DNA of 64,000 bases from a virus (taxonomy: Duplodnaviria > Caudoviricetes). The notes under the pieces are model-generated. The model made no database searches and was not told the DNA's origin. It saw only the letters and a list, made by a program, of their open reading frames with translations. The stretch lies in IMG/VR virus record IMGVR_UViG_3300025723_000013. One strand, written 5' to 3'. Of the stretch, positions 39,562 to 49,338 are shown piece after piece. The position numbers and the translations under genes are program-made. Every line of letters starts with the position of its first letter. Within the stretch, counting starts at the first letter, position 1.

Positions 39562-39597
39562 TTCCCCGACGACTCAAATATTTAATCGTTGAGGGAA
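39562..39597 (-). promoter_or_regulatory. SD-sequestering hairpin with late promoter in loop
   Basis: TTCCCTCAACGA-TTAAATATTTGAG-TCGTCGGGGAA-ATC-ATG. Confidence 0.55.
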
Positions 39598-39615
39598 CGA
39601 AATTATAATATGTTT

Positions 39616-40653
39616 TTAAGGATCGATTAGGCCAAATCCTCTCCATCCACCTGGAGCGCCGGTACTGATGCAAATCCAGCCTACATGAGAATTTGGTCTC
39701 GGATTGGTATTCCACACAATATCACCTATTTGATATTGACCTGATTCCGGAGGACAATTGCCATTTGTAAACAAACGATTTCCCAATCTTACATCGCCTG
39801 CTACTTCAAATTGAGCAGTGGGATTTTTGACACCTACTGAGAATTTTCCGTATGTGCGTACTATGGTACTGTCCTTTAGTTCCTGACCCAACGTGATATT
39901 TCCATTTTCGGAGATGGTGATTCTGGCAGTATCGTCGGTTACAATGGAAAATCCTTTGGTACTAAATGTACCAATTTTTCCATATCCGGTGGATTTATCG
40001 CTGTCTATAATGATTTCTACATTATTCACATAATCTAAAATGCTGACCAATCCGCTTGGAATGTCTGTGCCTATGCCCAATCTTTGTGAAATACAGTTAT
40101 AGTGTATAAAATTATCGAGCACAAAATCGCCCGAAGTTCGGAAATTCTTTAGCGTACCTACTGATTCTAAATTGCTTTTGACAATGCCTACCCCAAGTGA
40201 ATCCTGGGTAATGACTGGAATTTCATTGATTAGGTAACTTTTATCTGCAGGAATATCAAAATGTTCCGAAGACCAAAATCTATCTGGACTAGTTCTTAGC
40301 ACAAATTGCTTGCTGTTTCCGCTGTTCCATAACAATCCGCAGCCTACCGAACTGCCCTCTTGATTGGAAAATTCAAGATATTGTTTTTCGTAACGCTGAT
40401 TAGCGATAACTTCTGTGGTTCTAATGTATCCGGCATCCAAGATGCCGTATATTTTGACATCGCCTCTAATTACGGTATTGCCTTCCACTGTGCCCACGCT
40501 AATGGCAGGAACAGACAGTTTGCCGTCTGTGACTGTTAATGTAGGAGTTGAAGCAAAATCTTGTATGCCTGTGCTGGAAAAATTCTTGATAATTCCGCCG
40601 GAAATTTGATCTCCGCTAAATGAGGTAGGAGCTTCTTCAAATACTTTTACCAT
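39616..40653 (-). CDS. Putative virion structural protein
   Basis: 345 aa; C-terminal PP.SG.Y..GDIVWN..P.....GW.C...G.PG.W..FG cap motif; late promoter upstream. Confidence 0.7.
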   Translation of the reverse strand: MVKVFEEAPTSFSGDQISGGIIKNFSSTGIQDFASTPTLTVTDGKLSVPAISVGTVEGNTVIRGDVKIYGILDAGYIRTTEVIANQRYEKQYLEFSNQEGSSVGCGLLWNSGNSKQFVLRTSPDRFWSSEHFDIPADKSYLINEIPVITQDSLGVGIVKSNLESVGTLKNFRTSGDFVLDNFIHYNCISQRLGIGTDIPSGLVSILDYVNNVEIIIDSDKSTGYGKIGTFSTKGFSIVTDDTARITISENGNITLGQELKDSTIVRTYGKFSVGVKNPTAQFEVAGDVRLGNRLFTNGNCPPESGQYQIGDIVWNTNPRPNSHVGWICISTGAPGGWRGFGLIDP

Positions 40654-40664
40654 AACATAATCCT

Positions 40665-40700
40665 AATAGTAGAAACACAACAGCGTGTTTCTACTATTTA
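40665..40700. promoter_or_regulatory. Perfect 14-bp inverted repeat overlapping late promoter
   Basis: AATAGTAGAAACAC-aacagc-GTGTTTCTACTATT; TAAATA (minus) at 40695-40700. Confidence 0.65.
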
Positions 40701-40712
40701 GCAGGACTATGA

Positions 40713-41315
40713 TTAGTTTTGGGATCTACTTTCCACGATTTTATCAGCCAATCCGTATTCGATTGCATCTTGGGCGTTCATGAATGTATCACGATCCATG
40801 TCTTTTTCAAACTCTTTATAGGTTTTTCCAGCGCTATTATGTTTGACATAAAGTTCTGTCAGGCGCTTTTTGAGATACATGATTTCTTTATAAGAAATTT
40901 CAATGTCTGACGCCATTCCTCGAGCTCCGCCGCTGGGCTGATGGATCATGGTACGCGCATTGGGCAAGATATAGCGCTTGCCTTTAGCTCCAGCTTGGGC
41001 TAAAAAACTTCCCATACTGCAGGCCTGTCCCATAACAAAAGTTGCCACATCGGGTTTGATAAACTGCATTACGTCGTAAATTCCCAGTCCTGCGGTAATA
41101 AGGCCACCTGGGCTATTGATATAAAGGTTGATGTCTTTCTCGCTATCAACACTTTCAAGATGCAGCATTTGTGCAATTACAAGATTGGCGCTGTGATCGT
41201 CCACAGGACCATTTAAAAACACAATGCGTTCATTTAATAATCTGGAAAAAATATCAAAGGCACGCTCGCCTTGTCCAGTTTTTTCCACCACCATCGGTAC
41301 CAATTGATTCATCAT
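40713..41315 (-). CDS. clpP: ATP-dependent Clp protease proteolytic subunit
   Basis: [28 protein letters not shown] (catalytic Ser), MIHQP (His), MDRD (Asp). Confidence 0.97.
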   Translation of the reverse strand: MMNQLVPMVVEKTGQGERAFDIFSRLLNERIVFLNGPVDDHSANLVIAQMLHLESVDSEKDINLYINSPGGLITAGLGIYDVMQFIKPDVATFVMGQACSMGSFLAQAGAKGKRYILPNARTMIHQPSGGARGMASDIEISYKEIMYLKKRLTELYVKHNSAGKTYKEFEKDMDRDTFMNAQDAIEYGLADKIVESRSQN

Positions 41316-41731
41316 TAATGATATTCCTTATCTAATTTAATATTTACAAGTCCTGCCACGGTTTGAAAATGTTCCCAGGCCTTTTTGGCAGCAGGGTTGA
41401 GTTCTAGTTCACTGGGCGGAAGCACAGTTTCTAACCAGATCTGGGAACGGCGTATTGGATATGATGATCCAAACTGCTTGGGCTGATGCAGTTTACCACA
41501 ATTATAAAGATCCTTTGCTAATTTACGGAAATTGTCTTCTTGATCATCATATCCTCTCCACTCGTCATAGCCCAGACCACCATACAAGTAACCGTCCCAA
41601 ATATTTTGCCAATGAGTATCATTATTGGGATTGAAATTTGTACGAGAGATAATGACCAAGACATCGTCCAAATTCACACGATTTTTGATAATGTCCAGCA
41701 TGCAGCGACTAAATGATAGACCAATTTTCAC
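41315..41731 (-). CDS. Conserved hypothetical phage protein
   Basis: 138 aa ORF ([12 protein letters not shown]....V..DDVLVII.RT.F.P). Confidence 0.75.
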   Translation of the reverse strand: MKIGLSFSRCMLDIIKNRVNLDDVLVIISRTNFNPNNDTHWQNIWDGYLYGGLGYDEWRGYDDQEDNFRKLAKDLYNCGKLHQPKQFGSSYPIRRSQIWLETVLPPSELELNPAAKKAWEHFQTVAGLVNIKLDKEYH

Positions 41732-42120
41732 TGATTTTCTCTATATTGAAAGCGAGGAACTGCTTCTCCGCAATTGGAACAATGCAACAAACTTTGCCAA
41801 ATATCCGAGATATCAATTTCTTTGTAGACTCCATTTTTACAAGTGTTACAAATCTTATAGGTTTGATCAATTTCTTTGGACAATCTCAACTCGTGTTCTT
41901 TGACTATTCTATACAAAGGCTCCATTCTTTCTTGTATAACGTTTGGAGCCAAATCCTCGATCTGCTTGAGATCCCAACTGCCTGGATAATGCTTCAGTAT
42001 GCTCCTGGCGCGTTTCCTAACAGTTTTAGGCAGCCGAGGAGTTTTTTTTGGATCCATTAAATCTCGCAAGAATTCTTCTGCCGCCACTATAGCACGATAT
42101 CGTTCATCTGGTAAAGTCAT
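41728..42120 (-). CDS. Hypothetical protein with C-terminal CxxC...CxxC zinc ribbon
   Basis: MTLPDERYRA...TPRLPK.VR...HYP; CNTC...CSNC. Confidence 0.75.
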   Translation of the reverse strand: MTLPDERYRAIVAAEEFLRDLMDPKKTPRLPKTVRKRARSILKHYPGSWDLKQIEDLAPNVIQERMEPLYRIVKEHELRLSKEIDQTYKICNTCKNGVYKEIDISDIWQSLLHCSNCGEAVPRFQYRENQ

Positions 42121-42121
42121 T

Positions 42122-42733
42122 TCAAAAATTCTCCTCAGCTCCGTGTGCAGAACAAAGAGTTTGCAGCCATGAGCCGCCTACTGTTTTTCCAGGATTACCA
42201 CACACTTCGCAGATAACAGAGCTCATGGATTCTGCCATGGTGACAAGACCAGCAATATATGCATCACCACCTTCATAATAAAACCGAAGTGTTCCATACT
42301 TTTCTTTGACCTGAATCGCAACGGGCGATTCCATATATTCATGATCTTTACGCCAATCGGCGATATCAGATATGAGGCATTTCATCATGTACTCACGATG
42401 TTCTTTGGCCTTTTCCTCAGTCCAATACTTATTGTTGTCAATTAGACGGGATGGATAAAGTCTTTCATGGTTTTCATCAAAGAGCGACCAATCACCATTT
42501 AGAGCTGCATCTCGAATTTTTTGATGTTTAATATTACTCTCAATCATACGATTATGATTATCCACGTGCACTTCAATATTGGCACACAGTCGATCAATAA
42601 TATTGTACCAACCATCCCCGCATTCAAAGCCAAATAAACTTATAGGAAGAGACGGCGTAACCCCTGTATTTGTCATCATAGTGAAAATTTTGGGGTATTT
42701 TTCGCATAATGCTTTATCTAGTTCTTCTTTCAT
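42122..42733 (-). CDS. Conserved hypothetical phage protein
   Basis: FECGDGW..II..LC, QVKEKYGTLRFYY, CEVCG.PG...LC..H. Confidence 0.8.
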   Translation of the reverse strand: MKEELDKALCEKYPKIFTMMTNTGVTPSLPISLFGFECGDGWYNIIDRLCANIEVHVDNHNRMIESNIKHQKIRDAALNGDWSLFDENHERLYPSRLIDNNKYWTEEKAKEHREYMMKCLISDIADWRKDHEYMESPVAIQVKEKYGTLRFYYEGGDAYIAGLVTMAESMSSVICEVCGNPGKTVGGSWLQTLCSAHGAEENF

Positions 42734-42747
42734 GGACTATCCTGTTA

Positions 42748-43917
42748 TCATTTAAATACTTTTAAAATTATAATATCTTGATTTAAACGACCATTGAGTG
42801 CAGTTTCTGTTGTTTTGATATTTTTACCGAACCATGCTTCAAAACGTTTTTGTGTGTTCTGTTCCTTGAATTCTTTAATTTGTTCAGGAGGTTTACGCAG
42901 TGTTTTTTGAACACTTGCGGTATTAAATTCCGCTATGCTGGTTCCTTTGACCAACAATCCGGCACCGCTGTTGGCAGTGTAGTATCCAATTTTGCGATTT
43001 TTAGTGTTGTATACTACTACACCTTGCGCTCCGATAATTTGCGTAGATGGTACGCTGGTGATGCCCAATTTGTCGTCGCTGAGTTTAAACTTAATTTTCT
43101 TTACTTGCTCTTCGGCCGATCGAGACTTTTTCTTGCGTGGCTTTTTAAGTACCTTGGCTTCGGCAATGATTTGATCACACGCTGACATCACATGCTCGTA
43201 AAAATCCACGATCTTGCGTAGATTTTTCTTGGCAAAATGCTTGTAACCTTCCTTGAGTGCAGCGTCGGCCTCGCCGGCCGCTACCAATTTAAGATCGTTA
43301 TAATTAGACTCATAAAACCCTTTTACATATCGAGCCTGTGGGCCTTTGGCTCCTTTTCCGCGAAGTAAGTTGGCCACATTGTATTTTTTGACTTCAAACG
43401 CATCAGGATCAGTAATAAAATTGTCAATGGCTCCGTCGATGTCATCGCACATTGATACTGCTTGATCTCGTATTCGATCTTGGATACTTACAACCGGAGC
43501 GGAAACAGCGGCAGCTGTTTCTTGTGATTCGTTATCTGCTTTACCATCGGCTATGATTTGCGCGATTTGCTCACGCAGCCATGCTGCTGCATTAGTGCCA
43601 TTGTTCCAACCAGGATGTGCTTCGGGCATGCCCTTCAACAGGTTGGCAGCTATTGATCCGGTAGCGGCACTGGTACGCCAATCTTTGGTATTTTTAAATT
43701 GATTGATAGTTGCACGATCATAGCCATTACGGCCCATCCAGTCAATTACCTTGGGTTTAAGATCCTTGGTATAATCCACCCGATAATAGGTCATTGAATC
43801 ATGAAAGTGTTGGTTAAACTTTTCAACATCCCATTTTTCTACTCCATCCCATTTAGGAGCATGATCATGTTTTGCAGTTTCGCGTATGCTGTCTTTGGTC
43901 ACACGAGTTTTAGTCAT
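42748..43917 (-). CDS. Conserved hypothetical early protein
   Basis: 389 aa from ATG 43917 with GGAG SD; sigma70 promoter just upstream. Confidence 0.8.
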   Translation of the reverse strand: MTKTRVTKDSIRETAKHDHAPKWDGVEKWDVEKFNQHFHDSMTYYRVDYTKDLKPKVIDWMGRNGYDRATINQFKNTKDWRTSAATGSIAANLLKGMPEAHPGWNNGTNAAAWLREQIAQIIADGKADNESQETAAAVSAPVVSIQDRIRDQAVSMCDDIDGAIDNFITDPDAFEVKKYNVANLLRGKGAKGPQARYVKGFYESNYNDLKLVAAGEADAALKEGYKHFAKKNLRKIVDFYEHVMSACDQIIAEAKVLKKPRKKKSRSAEEQVKKIKFKLSDDKLGITSVPSTQIIGAQGVVVYNTKNRKIGYYTANSGAGLLVKGTSIAEFNTASVQKTLRKPPEQIKEFKEQNTQKRFEAWFGKNIKTTETALNGRLNQDIIILKVFK

Positions 43918-43945
43918 CAATTTCTCCAACAACGTAATATACTTA

Positions 43946-43974
43946 ATTGTATAGTATATAGAATCAAGAGTCAA
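43946..43974 (-). promoter_or_regulatory. sigma70 promoter
   Basis: TTGACT-17-TACAAT. Confidence 0.7.
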
Positions 43975-43978
43975 GAAA

Positions 43979-44458
43979 TTATTTCAATATGGCCCATCCA
44001 ATTTTTTTAAGATCCTCGCGTATTTCGCCTGTAATAAAACCTTCGCCAACATATCCGTATCCAGGACTGTCAGAAAGGCCATATCCACGATTATTATTTC
44101 CTATTCCTGAACAATACCAATCAATATAATCGCCTTCGCCGCGTAGATCGGCAACAATATCCCCTGCTTTGCGCCAACTACAGCTCCATTTTTCATCTTT
44201 GAGTATTGTAACAACTTCTAATTTTTGAAAGTCATTGTTGCATAATGCAGCATATAAATTTTGAGCATAGCTGGCACATGCTTGAACTTTTTCAATCAGC
44301 CAGGCCGCATTATTCATGTCGTATATGAGATCATTAGCGGTCACAGTTGCTCTTTTTTCTGTATCTAATTTTTCTACAGACCAGTTATCATAAAAGTCTA
44401 ACACTTCCTGAAGATAATCAATTTTTTCCGATTTTTTACTGTCAGTGGCTTTTGTCAT
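43979..44458 (-). CDS. Conserved hypothetical phage protein
   Basis: YAQNLYAALCNN.F...WSCSWR.AG.IVAD...GDY.DWYCSG; start at 44458 chosen by overlap with upstream gene. Confidence 0.75.
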   Translation of the reverse strand: MTKATDSKKSEKIDYLQEVLDFYDNWSVEKLDTEKRATVTANDLIYDMNNAAWLIEKVQACASYAQNLYAALCNNDFQKLEVVTILKDEKWSCSWRKAGDIVADLRGEGDYIDWYCSGIGNNNRGYGLSDSPGYGYVGEGFITGEIREDLKKIGWAILK

Positions 44459-44612
44459 GATTTTTCTTATATTTTTGCACAAGCCATGATTTGTACATTT
44501 TCCAATAATCTTCACGAGACAAGGATTTCAATCGTAAATTGGATCTTTCGATCTGATGTTCAGACCACATAAGATTAAGCCATGCACGGAACGCAGTAAT
44601 TTTTTTTGACAT
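44442..44612 (-). CDS. Small hypothetical protein (56 aa)
   Basis: Hand-translated MSKKITAFRAWLNLMWSEHQIER...YW..YK.WL..KY; fills gap between genes. Confidence 0.65.
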   Translation of the reverse strand: MSKKITAFRAWLNLMWSEHQIERSNLRLKSLSREDYWKMYKSWLVQKYKKNHDKSH

Positions 44613-44614
44613 GA

Positions 44615-44854
44615 TTAGTGTAATTTTTTTGGATCTCTACCAAATTCTCGATCAATCATTTCCACCGTCAATGCTGATTGATCTAGAATTACAAAATCAA
44701 GATCATCAGCGGATTCTGTGTTGTCAAAAAGTTCTCCAGTTTCGGCTAATCGAGTGATCTCAGACACCAACTGATCCAGTTCTTCTTGAGTTCCTTCAAA
44801 CTCATCAAACAAACCGGGCATGAAAGTCACTTTGATATTTCTTTCAACGGTCAT
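44615..44854 (-). CDS. Small acidic hypothetical protein
   Basis: F.PG.FDEFEGTQEELD.L..EI. Confidence 0.7.
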   Translation of the reverse strand: MTVERNIKVTFMPGLFDEFEGTQEELDQLVSEITRLAETGELFDNTESADDLDFVILDQSALTVEMIDREFGRDPKKLH

Positions 44855-45074
44855 TTATAGTTCCTCGAAGCGCAGGCAAGGGCGCAAACGCATTGGCTCG
44901 ATCTACCAACGATTGCAAATATTTGTCATATCCTGCTGCTATTTCTGGATCTTCGACCAACACTCCATTTTCGTCAACAGCCGAAGTTTTCTTAAGGATG
45001 GTGAGACACTTAGCGGTTGTGTCAAGTAGTTCTACCAATAGTTCTTTCATGTCTAAAATAGTTTCTTCTTTCAT
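44844..45074 (-). CDS. Hypothetical protein
   Basis: 76 aa ORF in operon. Confidence 0.6.
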   Translation of the reverse strand: MKEETILDMKELLVELLDTTAKCLTILKKTSAVDENGVLVEDPEIAAGYDKYLQSLVDRANAFAPLPALRGTINDR

Positions 45075-45112
45075 AAATTAATCTGCCAATTTAATAAAAT
45101 ATTTACCACAAT

Positions 45113-45754
45113 TTAGTCCCACAAGCCTTGATAATACTTTCCAAAAAGTACAAGACCATTCTTAATTCGCTCATGATGTTTTGTATAAGCTTCTTTATCA
45201 AACACATGAGTATCTTTTGGGCCTTTGACCATCTCACTCATTCCATCTCTGAACGGTATAAATTCCATATCGATTTCACCGGTATGAAACTGCTCATCAT
45301 TATTATCATCAGTCAATTGAGTGAATGTCCAAATCAACTCGTCCATGACCCACTCCCAACGTTTATGATGTGTGCTATCAACATAGCCATTTTTAGCTGA
45401 GGCTTTTTTCTCGGGGCGAAGATGCTCGGGTACATCTTCAACTTCAACAAATGGACTACCATGTTTGGTGGCGTTAAGCTGCTTGAGCATGGGAAGAATG
45501 ATTAACGCAAGAGTGTTATCCATGCTCCATGTATCCCATGGATCAATATGAATCTCTACTTTGCGCTTCTTTTTGGAATTAATCCACTGACAGAGCTTGG
45601 TCAACCAAGAATCATTTCCATAACGATCTCGAGCTAACCAATCTCCCAATTTATATACAACAGGATCTTCACGATGGTCTTTCCAGAATAAAATCTTTTC
45701 AGCAATCTGATAAGGACCAATCCAAGAACGATATTTGCCTATTTGAACTTTCAA
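45113..45754 (-). CDS. Conserved hypothetical T4-like phage protein
   Basis: DTWSMD.TLA.IILPMLKQL...HGSP.V..EDVP...RW.WV.DE.IW.F...FGKYY..LWD; TTG start. Confidence 0.8.
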   Translation of the reverse strand: MKVQIGKYRSWIGPYQIAEKILFWKDHREDPVVYKLGDWLARDRYGNDSWLTKLCQWINSKKKRKVEIHIDPWDTWSMDNTLALIILPMLKQLNATKHGSPFVEVEDVPEHLRPEKKASAKNGYVDSTHHKRWEWVMDELIWTFTQLTDDNNDEQFHTGEIDMEFIPFRDGMSEMVKGPKDTHVFDKEAYTKHHERIKNGLVLFGKYYQGLWD

Positions 45755-46164
45755 GCTGGCTCCTTGACTTCTTCGTTGAGATATCTAATTAGTTCTTTGT
45801 CTTTTGGCTGTACACCGTAGTTATTTTTAAAAAATATCTCATAACTGTCGCTGCCATATTTGCCAATTCCGTACAGCACTGTAGCATCATTCCCATCCCA
45901 TGTCAAAAAATCATGGCTCATCTTTATCAGGCGACGATATCGCAGATTTACCATACCCAAAGGTCTTATGATGTCTTTTACAATAGTTTCGTCGGCATTG
46001 ATCAAGGTATGGGGATCAGGAAACCAATACAAGAATTCCGGCAGCACAGTTTTTACTGTCTTTCTACCAGTTTGATTGAGCATGATAACGCCTACCATGT
46101 GCTGCCATGGTCCTGATATTTGCTGTTGAACCATGAGATCATCTCGTAACGCATTAAAAAACAT
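45751..46164 (-). CDS. HhH-GPD DNA glycosylase, MBD4-like
   Basis: PW..MVG.I.LNQT...LP.FL..FP...IRPLG....R...LYGIGKYGSDSY.IF. Confidence 0.8.
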   Translation of the reverse strand: MFFNALRDDLMVQQQISGPWQHMVGVIMLNQTGRKTVKTVLPEFLYWFPDPHTLINADETIVKDIIRPLGMVNLRYRRLIKMSHDFLTWDGNDATVLYGIGKYGSDSYEIFFKNNYGVQPKDKELIRYLNEEVKEPA

Positions 46165-46185
46165 AATATTTCCTTTGGGGTTATA

Positions 46186-46449
46186 TCAGTTGTTGGTGAA
46201 TTTTAAATAATATTCTGTTAACTTTTTTGATTCAAATTCAGCCAGTATTTTGTATACAAACCCAAACGATGACATATCTAATGTTCTATCCCAACACACG
46301 TTTGAACTATTTTCCATAACAAACTTGCCCTTTGCTGTTTGTTGCCAACGATGTATGGGTTCGGCTACACATAAATCTGGATCTTCATTTTCGTTTAAGT
46401 GTATGGTATGTACTACCACACGATGAAAATGATATAGATCACTAGCCAT
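46186..46449 (-). CDS. Hypothetical protein
   Basis: 87 aa from ATG 46449 (EDPDL..A.PI..WQQT.KG.FVME). Confidence 0.7.
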   Translation of the reverse strand: MASDLYHFHRVVVHTIHLNENEDPDLCVAEPIHRWQQTAKGKFVMENSSNVCWDRTLDMSSFGFVYKILAEFESKKLTEYYLKFTNN

Positions 46450-46828
46450 TGCGATTCTTTTTGTGCTTGTAATAGCGACGTTTGGGTTTGTTAGATTGTG
46501 CCTCTTCGTCCGGTGCAGTGGCTGTTGCAGCATTATCAGGCAGTTTCACTCCTACCTTTTTTAACAATCTATTGGTTGCTGTAACCCCTTGTAGATTACG
46601 ATAAAGCATGATTGGTCCAGCTGCATCTGGGCTAATTTGATTATACTGACGAACTTCATAAACTGGTTCAATCGGTGTTGAAATTTCAATCACGTACAAT
46701 TCATGATCTTTAGCATGGTTTTCGTTCAAGTGTTCTAGATCAATGATCTCTACCACTCGTCCTTCCACAAGAGACTGCTCTCCGATATGTATCCAGACCT
46801 TGTCTTTGATATTGTATTCAGTTTTCAT
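46442..46828 (-). CDS. Hypothetical protein
   Basis: 128 aa ORF. Confidence 0.75.
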   Translation of the reverse strand: MKTEYNIKDKVWIHIGEQSLVEGRVVEIIDLEHLNENHAKDHELYVIEISTPIEPVYEVRQYNQISPDAAGPIMLYRNLQGVTATNRLLKKVGVKLPDNAATATAPDEEAQSNKPKRRYYKHKKNRNG

Positions 46829-46989
46829 TTTATTGACTTATGATCCGAGGTTCTGTATTCCAAAAGTTCTTTGATGAATTTGATCGCCTTACGATCTGTG
46901 TCGTAAACATATTCGGAATCCTCGTCATCGTTACGCAGGGTAACGATGACACCATTTTTTACTTTGCGGATTTCAATGCTGTCAAACAT
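46825..46989 (-). CDS. Small hypothetical protein (54 aa)
   Basis: Hand-translated MFDSIEIRKVKNGVIVTL...EYVYDTDRKAIKFIKELLE; overlap-coupled on both sides. Confidence 0.7.
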   Translation of the reverse strand: MFDSIEIRKVKNGVIVTLRNDDEDSEYVYDTDRKAIKFIKELLEYRTSDHKSIK

Positions 46990-47714
46990 TATTTTTGTAC
47001 ACTGAGATTGTAATTAAAATGGAAGATACCAATGTGTGCCACTTCTCGACTAAGTTCCTGATCACACCATACCTGATATCCAGCTTTTTGTGCCTGTTGA
47101 CAGAAGAAAATATCTTCGCCAATTTCTAAATTAAGTTCTGGAATAAATTCCTGTAGATAGTGTGGCTGAGGCATCTTTTCATAGACCGAACGCTTGACCA
47201 GTACGCAGCCATGTGGGAGAACATCAATTAGCTCCATTGCAGGGCTGTTATCAGTAGTAACGAATTCGGTATATGAGCCCGGCTTGCCGCTCATTCCGGT
47301 AAAGTTTGCATTTGGAAAACGACGACGACGATAGTTTACTCCCACAATGTCTTTATTTCGTTTTAGTAAACGAATTGGTGCATCGATAGGAAACTTCATG
47401 TCACTGTCAACCCACCAGATATAATCAAAACTACTCTGAAGAAAAATTTCTACTAGATTACGTCGAGCGATGGTGATTACCGATCCGATATTAAATGCAC
47501 AGTTGACTTGAATGCCATGTGCTACCAAGTTAGCTGCGGCCATGGTTAGATGTTGTGCGAATTCTGCGTTTACCATTTCCATTGCAGGCACAGCAATCAT
47601 GATTGACGGAGGACGACCTCCTGGCGGCATTTGAAACTGGGGAGACATCTGTGGTGTTGTTTGTGTGGCTGCCTGCGTACGGGTTGGAATATTCAGCTTA
47701 CCTTTATTTTTCAT
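46989..47714 (-). CDS. GT-A fold glycosyltransferase-like protein
   Basis: IAVPA, ARRNLV, WWVDSDM (DxD), DIVGVNY, GCVLVK..V, GEDIFFC..A...G. Confidence 0.75.
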   Translation of the reverse strand: MKNKGKLNIPTRTQAATQTTPQMSPQFQMPPGGRPPSIMIAVPAMEMVNAEFAQHLTMAAANLVAHGIQVNCAFNIGSVITIARRNLVEIFLQSSFDYIWWVDSDMKFPIDAPIRLLKRNKDIVGVNYRRRRFPNANFTGMSGKPGSYTEFVTTDNSPAMELIDVLPHGCVLVKRSVYEKMPQPHYLQEFIPELNLEIGEDIFFCQQAQKAGYQVWCDQELSREVAHIGIFHFNYNLSVQK

Positions 47715-47804
47715 AAATTTCCTTTTGTTGTAGGTATTGTCTATTAATTATCTGAATTAACTGGTAGGTTAATGAAATACTGATTATCTATATAACATGT
47801 TAAA

Positions 47805-47833
47805 AATATAACAGGAACCGTATCAATTGTCAA
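47805..47833 (-). promoter_or_regulatory. sigma70 promoter
   Basis: TTGACA-17-TATATT with TGn. Confidence 0.75.
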
Positions 47834-48535
47834 TCAATGATTATAATTTATAATCTTTTTATAGACTTTTTTCAAAAGTCTTTTGATACATGGATGATCT
47901 ACATTTTGCTCAAATGTATTCATATATATCCAAAGATTAAAACTGGTTTCGAGTGTAATAGCTGTAGGATTTTTTAAAAATTGCTGTATATCTGTATACT
48001 CGCAAGATTCTACTAACTGGTCCACAATATTATATGCGTAGGCATCTATCTCGTCTCGATTACCAAGATAATGCTGCGCATGCTCTATATCTGTTTGGAA
48101 ATCTTCAATTTCATTGAACAAACACTTAAAATTCCTAGATCTAGCCTGATGCATGTGTGCTAATTCATGGATCAATGTGTCTACTATTTTAATGCTTAAT
48201 GTGTTGACTGTTTCTTGATCCCAAAGATAAGAATTATCCACAGGATAGGTTATTAAAATTAATTGTACAGCCACTTGATCTTGTTGATCGTTTTCTTGGT
48301 CGTATTCGGCATCGACATTCATAAGTCCTGGACACACATGAGGATTTTGTGCATGCAATACATTCACTCCAAATCTTTTACTGATGTAAAGTGCTACCTT
48401 ATCAATCATTTCATCTACAGGAAGAACGATATCAACTATTTGTTTGGATAAATCTTCTATAATAGGCAACAATTCATTTCTGGTAGGGACATAAAACTTT
48501 TGGGCTAATCTGGGACTGCAATTAAAAAACTTCAA
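47834..48535 (-). CDS. HExxH zinc metallopeptidase-like protein (paralog 2)
   Basis: DTLIHELAHMHQ.R.R.FK...YLG..DEIDAYAYNI. Confidence 0.7.
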   Translation of the reverse strand: MKFFNCSPRLAQKFYVPTRNELLPIIEDLSKQIVDIVLPVDEMIDKVALYISKRFGVNVLHAQNPHVCPGLMNVDAEYDQENDQQDQVAVQLILITYPVDNSYLWDQETVNTLSIKIVDTLIHELAHMHQARSRNFKCLFNEIEDFQTDIEHAQHYLGNRDEIDAYAYNIVDQLVESCEYTDIQQFLKNPTAITLETSFNLWIYMNTFEQNVDHPCIKRLLKKVYKKIINYNH

Positions 48536-49266
48536 TTCTTCAGCCAGTCCGACGTTTTGTAGGGTTTGCCCAATTCTGCATAGGGAAGATAATAGATTAT
48601 TTTCTTTTTTAATTTTTTAATTATTTTATGATTATGATCAAAGTCAAATGCTTTTAAAAATTTCCTATAAACTGTTTTCTTTAATCTGTCATCTCTAAGA
48701 TCGCTATTGATGTATCTCACTATTTCTTTTTTATTTCCGGCAAAATCCTCTCTCAAAGCACAAGCTATATTGAACGAGTGTGCATCGAGTTCGTCGTTGT
48801 GTCCATAATATTCTTGATCTATCCTTGCTCTGGCAGATTCTGCAAAACTATTGTATCCTGGAATATATTTAAAATTTCTTCTTCGATATTGTCTTATATG
48901 CATGATCTCATGTAAAACAGTGTCTGCGATGCCATAGGCTATTTGTTTGAATTTATCCCATGAACAACGTATATGTTTTTCATTGATATTATAATGCATG
49001 ATAATATTGATGCATCTTTGATTTTTTTTATCTTTAAAACTCCAATATTCTCCACCAATATAGGCCCAATTTTTTTCTGTATCTGTATCATAAATTGTTT
49101 TTACATTGATCGGAATCTTGGATTCGCGGATACATCTTCTAATTTTTTTAGTGAATTCAGTAGGGGTAAGACGTTTTCCAACAATTTCTTGCTTTAAAGG
49201 AAAAAATATTGATGCTAGGATTTTGCGATCTAATGCAAACCAGTCGTAGGACCTAATATCAGTCAT
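48532..49266 (-). CDS. HExxH zinc metallopeptidase-like protein (paralog 1)
   Basis: DTVLHEIMHIRQYRRR.FK...YYG..DELDAHSFNI. Confidence 0.7.
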   Translation of the reverse strand: MTDIRSYDWFALDRKILASIFFPLKQEIVGKRLTPTEFTKKIRRCIRESKIPINVKTIYDTDTEKNWAYIGGEYWSFKDKKNQRCINIIMHYNINEKHIRCSWDKFKQIAYGIADTVLHEIMHIRQYRRRNFKYIPGYNSFAESARARIDQEYYGHNDELDAHSFNIACALREDFAGNKKEIVRYINSDLRDDRLKKTVYRKFLKAFDFDHNHKIIKKLKKKIIYYLPYAELGKPYKTSDWLKN

Positions 49267-49338
49267 TTAACTCTCCTATACATATTGTAATTATCAAAAA
49301 AACGTGTGATTTTTATATATGCAGTTTATGCAGTAATA

